Assembly (NCBI GenBank): GCA_043228905.1
Contig: JBHGNT010000079.1
Span: forward strand, 40,218-104,217
Source of the DNA: Azolla caroliniana
Taxonomy: Eukaryota > Plantae > Polypodiophyta
Length of the DNA: 64,000 nt
Direction of reading: 5' to 3'
Shown here: positions 26,316 through 36,235 of the stretch, in pieces
How positions within the stretch are numbered: position 1 is the stretch's first letter
Layout: the number at the start of each line of letters is the position of its first letter
Notes under the pieces: generated by a model
The model's input: the letters and a program-made list of their open reading frames with translations, nothing else
Told to the model about the DNA's origin: nothing
Databases searched by the model: none
Translations under genes and position numbers: made by a program

Positions 26316-27439
26316 CATGTTTTCTAATGCAACTATTGTTTACTCCTCATAGGTTTGAGATATCAAACAACTATTTTGGGACTGAAGCTAGATGAAGTAA
26401 ATAGGGAGAAGACTTGGGGATGTTAGGGAGCCCTTGAACTATGATCTCTCCATTCTATCATGGTTATTCTATGAATCATGTCATTGTATTGCAGTTAGAG
26501 AAATAACATGTTTTTTGTTGCCATTGTGTACATAGAAATGGAAGCACTGTCCAAACAAAGCATATATTCATAATTGGGTGTCCAATGTCCATACATTGGT
26601 GAACAATAAAGTAAGCAAACCAAAACTGAAAAAGAACAACCCATCATCCACATATCATGGTTCTAGGGATGTGGTATACGTTGGTAATAGTTTTGTTGTA
26701 AATGTTGAGGATGAAAATTCAAAACATGTGCATTTTTTCTAAACAATGTGCATCTCAAAATATTGTAGATGCATCGGGAAATTTTGTATTGGGTAAGATA
26801 TTCTACATCAAACACATTTTCTATGAAAGAGTGGATTCCGCTAGTGCGGGCGTCTAGAGAAGAAAGTGGCGAACGAGGGCCGAGTAGGCCGGGCAAAGCA
26901 ACAAGAGATTCTGAGGACTTGAGTAGACCGATTTTATAATCAATCAGGCGTAGATGCAATTCATTATCCGAACGACTATTCGGACTTTCTAGCGCCGTCT
27001 TTGATGCAAGTTGAGAAACTTAATGTCGAACCTGCTCAATTGCTCGTTGTTTCTCAAAATGAATTGTATAGTTTTTACTGTCTTCTAATCTCTTTGGATC
27101 TTCATCAGTTGCATCGAATATGAATACGTTTTTAAGCTCTAAAACTCCCCACTAGTATCACAATACAAAAGTTGCATACAGTTATTAACAATCAATGTTA
27201 ATGTGCACATGTGTATATACAACATTATGCCATGGAATATGTTGTCATTTGGATCAAATATTTTGTTCAATGGAACACCAATTGTATTTGGAGCACATTT
27301 GTTTTATAATACTGACATTTGGTAAACCTTTTCCGATTAAATATTAACCAATTTTGACATAGTCTAGCATTTTGTATATGCATAATATCAATAAATCAAT
27401 CATTAATTCAATAATATTCACAAGTATCCAATTCTATTG

Positions 27440-27790
27440 TATTGTAGTATTCTGCACAGAATCAATTACTTGGTATTTTGCACAAGCAGCTAGTATCACG
27501 GTATGTATAGTGACATGGAGAACCTCACAACCGCCGAAGCAATTTTCGTAGAGAATGGGATCCATTAGTATTTGAATGAGGAAAAAAAGCAACATTTGCA
27601 AAGCATCTCTATCACAACCTATGTCTGCATATGAACAAACCATACAGATTGAGCATTACCTCCCTTGCACCTTTGGAGAATTGACCATGGAGTAACACAA
27701 TATTCATTGTGATTGTCTTGCCAGCCTTGCAAGACCCTTGAAGAAGAAGTGCTCATCCATGCCACTTTTACATTCATCCCCTTAGATAGC
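27440..27790 (-). pseudogene. Degenerate PPR fragment
   Basis: MVCSYADIGCDRDALQML and VLHVTIHTVILAACAK resemble PPR helix consensus (MI..YA..G...EAL.LF; VTF..IL.ACA). Confidence 0.45.
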
Positions 27791-28705
27791 TAGCATGAGG
27801 CTCCCATCGACTATGATTGTATGGTGATGGTGAGTACGCTAGACCCTAAACGAATTAGCTAACCCTAACCCCACTCGGGCTCCTCACATGAACTTATTGA
27901 CAATCACTCTCCCAAGTCCATCCCATAGAGTTGGTAAAGCTAAACTACAACCCCATCGACAACCCTTATCACTCGTATTGGGTCCTCTATTGGTTGCTAT
28001 AAATTAAACTCACTCTTAAAGTTTGCCCGTAGATCAAGTCACCTACATTACCATTGACCAAGAAAAGTAGTCAAAGACACCCCGATTGAGGCCGAAATCA
28101 AGGTGTACATCATGCCACATCTAACCATTACACCCGCACCTCCAACGCTCCTATTCATTGTCCTTTTAGATTCTAAGCTTGTGGTCCAAGAAACATTCCA
28201 CACCACCTTAGGTCTCGTAGAACTAATTCTTGCTTTAGGTGATGCATTTAATTATGACCATTAATGTGTGCGGACACTAAAGGCCCAACATACAACTCTC
28301 GTTACTCAACTGAAGGAAACCTCCAATGTAGTCCACTTCAAGATGTTACAATAATCAGCTATCGACAACACCCCCTAGTCTTAACTCCTCAAACTTGATA
28401 GACTTCATCTTCCCTTGCAATCCATTCACATTAGAATATCTCAAGGTACTATGTCTCATTCTATTATCTTAATGAGGCTATATATGTTGGTCATACACTT
28501 CGTCCACCAAATGTTTCTTATGTAAGATTCGGTTTTATTGTTAGGGTTTGTAAGGCTTCTTCACAAATGCTATACATATGCTGACATAATGTATGCTACA
28601 CCGGAAATCCCTTCTTTCATTCCCATGGTGCTTACAAAATCTCGACAAAAGTCTTTCTTCATTTTTAACCTCCATCTTATTAGTATAACCAAGCCATTAT
28701 TAATT

Positions 28706-29018
28706 GGGAAAAGTACCAGGATACCCCTGGAAGTTCGTCTATTTACTAGAATACCCCTGGAAGTTTCAAATTTACCAAACTACCCCTATGTCCAAAAAAA
28801 TACACCTTATAAGGTAATTATACACTCAAATCTACAAGCCCTATTTACCAGAATACCTTTAAAACACAAATTTCTTTACTTAAGAGATTCTTTGGGTCCT
28901 TTGTACTTACTTTATAAAGTGTATTTTTTTGGACATAGGGGTAGTTTGGTAAATTTGGAACTTCCAGGGGCATTCTGGTAAATAGACGAACTTCCAAGGG
29001 TATCCTGGTACTTTTCCC
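28706..29018. mobile_element. 313-bp Mutator-like foldback MITE (second copy)
   Basis: Same TIRs as 10652-10964; 9-bp TSD TTATTAATT (28697-28705 and 29019-29027). Confidence 0.9.
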
Positions 29019-29292
29019 TTATTAATTTCATGCGTTTGGGTACTCTCATTTTTTAACTACCATAACAGGTTTGCAGGGCTTGCCCTCATGAAGCTACATA
29101 TGTGAGGTGATGGTAGAAGGAGGGTGTCCACTAGTAAAGAAAGGAATAACAAAAAATGGAAGAGATTTGGCCCAATGTCTCATCTAATGAGTCACACAAG
29201 AACTCATAGGCATTGTACAGAACTCATTTCTAACTACTACCTGTTGAACTCATTTCTAACTACTACCTGTTTGGCTGGTCCTTTCAGGGTGG

Positions 29293-29447
29293 CACTACCA
29301 CTTCATCCGCGAGCGCGTCCAGGCCGGAGAAATAGACCTCCAACACATCAGCACGCACCTACAAGTCGCTGATATCTTTACGAAGGCCTTAGGCATCGAC
29401 AAGCTTGGGCAATTTGCATCGGATCTTGGTCCCACGACGTCCACATT
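29293..29447 (+). mobile_element. Isolated Copia RNase H C-terminal fragment
   Basis: HYHFIRERVQAGEIDLQHISTHLQVADIFTKALGIDKL is the typical end of Copia RNase H. Confidence 0.8.
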
Positions 29448-30289
29448 TACTCTCTTGTTCAGCCATTTTGGCCTATGAAAGACTTGAATGCATTTATCTT
29501 TAATCAATCCATACATTCATACATCATTCAATCATCTATTCTTTCATTAAGCATTATGAGAAAGATCCAGTAAGTTAGAGCTAATTAGCAAGATAATGTA
29601 AAGATGAACAAAAAGACAAATTTTTTTCTTCTCCTTCGTTTTCTTTTTTCTAGCTAGAAAGTAATATATCATCAAGATCCAAATGGAAGAAACTGATGTT
29701 TCAAGGTTTTCAAGACCTTAACTTGTAGATACATGGGACATTCCATTTCTGAAAGAGATGCTGGTATAGTTATTTCTCTGCATAGCATAGAAAAGAAAAG
29801 TATAGGCATTCGAAATGACAATTCGTTGAGAAAGCAGAAGGATCCTTAATCGTCAAAGAAGAATTCTACAGCGCAACCTTCTTTAAACCATTGATCTCCC
29901 AATCAAAATTCTCTTAAACCTTTCGAACCATCCTCAACGGAATCCATTTCTGAAACAAATGATAATATGGCTATTCGTGTTTCACAATAAGCCTCAGAAG
30001 ATCATGCAACGAGGCTTCATCAAGGTTCCTTTGCGATAGCAGTGGGGGGTTCTCGTTCGAACATAGTGATATGAGGGGCGAAGAAGACGGGCATGATGAA
30101 GACGAGAACGGGCCGGGAAGAGTCGGTGTCGCCATGGCCATATCTCTGCATTTCGAACTTGGTTTCACCGCAAATGCAGAACATGAATCTCTTTTATAAT
30201 TATGAGAATGCCACTCTTCTTAACTTTAATGTATTTGCTAAAATGCCCCTCCGTTCTTCTTCTTCTTCTTCTTCTTCTTAAAAAAAAAA

Positions 30290-30773
30290 GGTCCGTGTGC
30301 GGAAGCTTAAGACACAGTCGGCTCAGCCCGCACATGGAAGATACATAGAGAATGTGAGTGAAATGCAAGTGAGTGAGTAAGAGAGAGACTAAGTAGAGCA
30401 GACATGGAAGATACATACACAATGTGAGTGAGTAAGAGAGAGACTGAGTAGAGCATACATACACAATGTGAGTGAGTAAGAGAGAGACTGAGTAGAGCAG
30501 ACAACAATAAACTTTTATTCAAAATGTTCTTAGTACCGACAAATGTGCTCATTAAGCACTTTATATACAAGTCAACTGTTAGGGGGTGACACAAGTACTG
30601 ACAAGTACTTGAATGCTCTTTAGTGAGCCTCTAACACTAATTGCCTGCAATATTCCTATTGCTAAAACAAGAATATAGGCCTCTAACCGCATGTTGGCTC
30701 CCAATCAATCGGACTTTCGACTTCTTTAGTCAATCTTTTAGTTGATCCAGCATGTTGAGCTTGTCACTCAACA
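30290..30773 (-). mobile_element. 3' LTR of an older minus-strand Copia element (left end approximate)
   Basis: Similar to 45540-45911. It starts TGTTGAGTGACAAG on the minus strand, and its PPT (TTGAGGGGGAA) lies on the far side of the young Copia at 36236-36246. It carries internal GTGAGTAAGAGAGAGACT repeats. Confidence 0.7.
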
Positions 30774-31444
30774 TGTTGGGATTACGGTCCCTCCGGATGG
30801 GATGGTCGGATGTCCGGGAATCGGGAATGAAGACCCGAATGAGGAGTACCCGGTATCGGAGCCGGATGATGAAGACCCGGTTCCGGATCCGGATGATGAA
30901 GACCCGGTTCCGGATCCGGATGATGAAGACCCCGGCTACGGAGCCGGATGACGAATGTACCCGGAGAGAGATCCGGATGCGGGGACATATTTGTGAATAT
31001 GTTTGCCAAGGGCCCTTGAGGCTATATTTGTAAATAGCCCGAAAGTCATATGTGTATAAATATGACTTAGGGCAAACAGTTTTGTAGTTGTTGCTCATTT
31101 TTCTGTTTTCCACTTAGAGGGAGCGAAGTGAGAGCAGCCGAGAGAGAGAGAGTGAGAGAGAGAGAGAGAGAGAAAGGAAGAGGTCGACGCCTCTGTGTAA
31201 TACCGCCGCCTGTGGCGAGGACAGCGAGCTCAAGGTCGTCGCCTTGCAGCTCGCCATTGTACATTCCCTGCGTATAGTGATAGTTGGAGTCTTGCACTCC
31301 CGTGGTTTTTCCCGTCTAGGGTTTTCCACGCTAAACCCTGTGCATTCGAGTCTCTCTCTGTGTTTTCGTTTTTCTGCTGCATTGATTCGTGTTTCCTCAG
31401 TTGTGGTCGAGAGGTGAAGAAATTGAAAGCGTCAATTTCTAACA
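30774..31444 (+). repeat. 5' LTR of the young Copia
   Basis: TGTTGGGATT...TTTCTAACA; contains 27-bp tandem repeats (CCGGATGATGAAGACCCGGTTCCGGAT), TATAAAT and (AG)n. Confidence 0.95.
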
Positions 31445-31475
31445 ATCTGGTATCAGAGCGACTGCAGTGCAGAAA

Positions 31476-34400
31476 ATGGAAGGCGGCAGCAGCGGGCAGC
31501 CGGGGATGATGGTGCTGAATGCGCAGAACTACGCCGATTGGAAGATAAAGATGGAGGATCTGCTCATTGTTCGGGACCTGTATGAACCGATCGACAAGTC
31601 GGAAATAACCAAGGGGGTACTTGAGACGGAATGGAGGCTTCTGAACCGGAAAGCCGTTGCAACCATTCGGCAATACGTCGACGTGAGCGTTCTACAACAT
31701 GTGGCGAACGACACCAACGCATATGAGATGTGGCAGAAGCTGTCGGGCCTCTATGAGAGGAAAAATGCGTTGAACCGGACCTCCCTGATGAGGAAGATAG
31801 TGAACCTCAAGTACCGGGACGGCGAGAGTATGGTGGAACACGTAAGCACGTTCATGGGATTTGTGAACCAGCTTGCGGCGATCAAGTTCCCGTTGGAGGA
31901 TGCAATGCAAGCCATCATGTTGATGTGTACATTGCCGGAAAGCTGGGAGAACTTGGTGGTGACTCTCAGCACCTCCTGCACCGAAGATAACTTGTCCCTA
32001 CAAACGGTAAAGACAAGCATTTTGAACGAAGAAGCGCGTCGGAGAGATAAAGAACCGGCCTCCGATCCGAAGATGCTGCTTACCGAATCGGATCGGGGAA
32101 GACAACGGAACCGGAGTCCGCAAAGACGGGAGAAGTCGGGGACCTGGTCGCGGTCAAGAGGAAGGCCCACATGCTTCCACTGTGGGAAGTCGGGGCACTT
32201 CCGAAAGAATTGTCGGCATTACCGAAAAGACAACGGAGCCGACGACACCGATTCGAAGAAGTCTTCGGAACGGAACGGTGCTTACCGGGGAGCCACGGAC
32301 CGGAATGGTTCGGATCGGCGAGGGCAGGACCGGAAAGGAACGACGGCACTCGCGGCAAGTGAAGAGGAGATCATGCTCATCACCGAAGAAGGTGAACTAA
32401 ACATTGCCGGCGATGAGACTACCTGGGTGGTCGATTCCGGAGCGTCGTTCCACCTGACCCCGGAAAGAAGATACTTCTCATCCTACACAGCCGGTGAGCA
32501 TGGCTGTGTTCGGATGGGAAATGAAGGTACGTGCCGGATTGCCGGCATAGGAGACGTGTGGTTGACAACCTCGACCGGATGCAAAATGTTGCTGAAGGAT
32601 GTCCGACACGTTCCGGAGGTTCGATTGAACCTGATTTCGGCCGGGAGGCTAGACGATGAAGGCTACACAGGTAGCATCCGGAACGGCGTAATGAAGTTCA
32701 GCAAGGGGAGCCTGATAGTGGCTCGGGCCCGGAAAGTCAACACATTGTACCTTATGAATGCCTGGTTGTGTCCGGAGGAGTTGAACGTGGCAGCCGACAC
32801 TGCCAGTGAGCTGTGGCACAAGAGACTGTGCCACATGAGTGAGAAGGGGATGAAGAGGCTTGCAGAAGACAACCTTATTCCAGTGAAGCATGTGCACCTG
32901 GAGAAGTGCACCGATTGCCTGGCCGGTAAGCAGAACCGAACCTCCTTCCACTCAAGGCCACCGACGAGACGTAGCACACCATTGGAGTTGGTGCACACTG
33001 ACGTGTGTCAAGTAGAAACGAAGTCACATGGCGGAGCCCAGTACTTCGTGACATTCATTGATGACCACAGCCGGAAGCTGTGGACGGCACCGTTGAAGAC
33101 AAAGGACCAAGTGTTGTGCGTCTTCAAAGAACTCCACGCGAGAGTGGAAAGGGAATCCGGCAAGAAGCTGAAAGCGATACGAGCGGATAACGGAGGGGAA
33201 TACCGGGGGCAGTTCGCGGAGTACTGTCGGTCAAAGGGAATCCGGCTCGAGTTTACTGTGCCGAAAACGCTGAAACTGAACGGGCTGGCCGAGAGGATGA
33301 ACCGGACCATAATGGAGAGGTTCCGGAGTATGCTGGCGCATGCGAAATTACCCAAGGGGTTTTGGGCTGAGGCAATGTCGACGGCGACATACGTGATAAA
33401 CAGATCACCCTCAGTACCTTTGGACGGAGACACGCCGCAGAGAGTGTGGACCGGTAGGGAAGTATCCTACCGGCATCTGAAGGTGTTCGGGTGTCTCGCA
33501 TATGTGCATGTGGCAAAGGACCGGAGAGGAAAGCTAGATCCAAAGACCCGGCCATGCATATTCCTCGGTTACGGCGATGACGAGTTCGGCTACCGAGTAT
33601 GGGACCCGGTCGACAAAAAGATATTCCGGAGTCGCGATATCATCTTCATGGAGGACAAGACACTCGCCGACTGGGAGTCGGAGAAGAAGATGAAGAGCTC
33701 CAAGTCGACCGGTGAGGATCAACTCTACGAAGAGCAGTCCCGACCGGCAAGGGACCGGTTAGCACTCGAGGATCCGGCTGAAGACGGTGAAGAAACAGAA
33801 CCGGCCGAGGAAGATGAAACTGATACCGGAACCGGCCCCGATCCCGGAATGGATTCGGATGAAGAGGAAACGGAGGAGCCGGTTACCGAAGCTCCGGAAC
33901 GGAGATATCCTCTAAGAGAGAGAAGGGCCCCCCGGAGATTTCTGGAACCAGAGCACGTGCTGCTAACCGACGAGGGGGAACCAGAGAGTTTTGAAGAAGC
34001 AAAGCTTGACACCCATAGCCGCAGGTGGTTAAGTGCCATGCAGGAGGAGATGGATTCCCTGCATGAGAACCACACATATGAACTTGTGGAGTTGCCGAAA
34101 GGAAAGCGGGCACTTCGAAACAAGTGGGTGTTCAAGCTGAAACCGAGAGATGCCGGAAACCCCCCGAGATACAAAGCCAGGATCGTGGTGAAGGGGTTCC
34201 AGCAGAAGAAGGGCGTCGACTTCGACGAGATATTTGCCCCGGTAGTGAAGATGACCTCCATCCGGATGGTGCTGAGCATAGCGGCAAGCATGGACCTCGA
34301 GGTAGAACAGATGGACGTGAAGACGGCATTCCTTCACGGTGACCTCGAAGAAGAGATCTACATGCAGCAACCGGAAGGATTCGAGAAGAAAGGGAAGGAG

Positions 34401-35549
34401 CACCTGGTATGCCGGTTGAAGAAGAGCCTTTACGGACTGAAGCAGGCTCCCCGGCAATAGTACCGGAAGTTCGACTCTTTCATGACCGACGAAGGGCACC
34501 ACAAAACGCAGTCCGATCACTGCGTGTTTGTGAAGAAGTTCGAAGGAGGAGACTGTCTAATACTCCTCCTGTACGTGGACGACATGTTGATCGTCGGACG
34601 GGACCAGGTCAAGATACGGATGCTGAAGAAAGCGCTTCACCGAACCTTCTCAATGAAGGACCTGGGTCCGGCGAGGCAAATACTAGGGATGCACATCATC
34701 CGGGACCGGAAGAAGAAGCAGTTGTGGCTGTCACAGGAGAAGTACGTGACAAAGGTGCTTCACCGGTTCAACATGTCGGAAGCAAGACCGGTCGGGTCAA
34801 CTCTCCCGGCAAACTGCAAGTTGTCCAGCAAACAAAGTCCTAAGACAAAGGCTGAGAAGGAGGACATGATGAAAGTACCATATGCCTCTGCCGTCGGAAG
34901 CTTGATGTACGCAATGGTGTGTACAAGACCGGACATAGGATATGCAGTCAGAGTGGTGAACCGGTACATGAGCAATCCCGGCAAAGAGCACTGGAACGCG
35001 GCCAAGTGGATACTCCGATACCTGAAGGGCACGACAAACGTGTGCCTCCGATTCGGCTCCGGTAAGCCCGAACTCGACGGCTTTACCGATTCGGATATGT
35101 CGGCTGATGCAGATACCAGCCGGTCCACATCAGGGTATGTGATGACGTATGCAGGGGGAGCTGTTTCGTGGCAGTCGAGGCTGCAGAAAACGGTTGCGTT
35201 GTCAACCACGGAGGCGGAGTACATGGCGGCTGTTGAAGCCGGCAAGGAAATAATATGGATGAAGGACTTCATTAGAGAGCTCGGTATCCGGCAGGAGGAG
35301 TACCGACTCTACTGCGACAGTCAGAGTGCCATCCACCTTGCGAAGAACGCGGCCTATCACTCCCGGACGAAGCACATCCAGCGAAGATATCACTGGATCC
35401 GGGAAAGGATAGAAGACCAGGAGTTCGTGCTGACGAAGATCCACACGGACGAGAACGGGTCAGATATGCTGACCAAAGTGCTCACACCCGACAAGCTGGA
35501 AGCGTGCCGGAAGAGGGTCGGACTGGAAAGACATCCCATGCCGAAGTGA
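31476..35549 (+). pseudogene. Copia gag-pol polyprotein (Gag zinc knuckle, protease, integrase, RT, RNase H) with one premature stop
   Basis: Motifs [34 protein letters not shown]...DNGGEY...[23 protein letters not shown] and KHIQRRYHWIRE. TAG at 34458-34460 replaces the W of QAPRQW(Y). Confidence 0.92.
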
Positions 35550-35559
35550 AGGGGGAGTT

Positions 35560-36230
35560 TGTTGGGATTACGGTCCCTCCGGATGGGATGGTCGGATGTC
35601 CGGGAATCGGGAATGAAGACCCGAATGAGGAGTACCCGGTATCGGAGCCGGATGATGAAGACCCGGTTCCGGATCCGGATGATGAAGACCCGGTTCCGGA
35701 TCCGGATGATGAAGACCCCGGCTACGGAGCCGGATGACGAATGTACCTGGAGAGAGATCCGGATGCGGGGACATATTTGTGAATATGTTTGCCAAGGGCC
35801 CTTGAGGCTATATTTGTAAATAGCCCGAAAGTCATATGTGTATAAATATGACTTAGGGCAAACAGTTTTGTAGTTGTTGCTCATTTTTCTGTTTTCCACT
35901 TAGAGGGAGCGAAGTGAGAGCAGCCGAGAGAGAGAGAGTGAGAGAGAGAGAGAGAGAGAAAGGAAGAGGTCGACGCCTCTGTGTAATACCGCCGCCTGTG
36001 GCGAGGACAGCGAGCTCAAGGTCGTCGCCTTGCAGCTCGCCATTGTACATTCCCTGCGTATAGTGATAGTTGGAGTCTTGCACTCCCGTGGTTTTTCCCG
36101 TCTAGGGTTTTCCACGCTAAACCCTGTGCATTCGAGTCTCTCTCTGTGTTTTCGTTTTTCTGCTGCATTGATTCATGTTTCCTCGGTTGTGGTCGAGAGG
36201 TGAAGAAATTGAAAGCGTCAATTTCTAACA
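35560..36230 (+). repeat. 3' LTR of the young Copia
   Basis: Near-identical to 30774-31444 and preceded by the polypurine tract AAGTGAAGGGGGAG. Confidence 0.95.
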
Positions 36231-36235
36231 CAACA

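Larger units (their letters stand above)
30774..36230 (+). mobile_element. Full-length, recently inserted Ty1/Copia LTR retrotransposon (Tnt1/Tork-like organisation)
   Basis: 671-bp LTRs (30774-31444; 35560-36230) with TG...CA ends, differing at the 3 positions I could find. PBS TGGTATCAGAGC 31448-31459, PPT ~35544-35559, 5-bp TSD CAACA (30769-30773; 36231-36235). Confidence 0.97.

Noticed and set aside
28538-28981. 147-aa ORF
   Set aside because: It runs through the Mutator-like MITE and appears to be a chance frame.
30730-31329. ORFs in the Copia LTRs (PDDEDPV / RIRMMKT repeats)
   Set aside because: They are translations of the 27-bp tandem repeat and occur in both LTRs; no evidence of protein function.
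34458-34460. Programmed stop-codon read-through in Copia pol
   Set aside because: The stop replaces a conserved Trp inside RT, not at a gag/pol or pol/env boundary; a point mutation is simpler.
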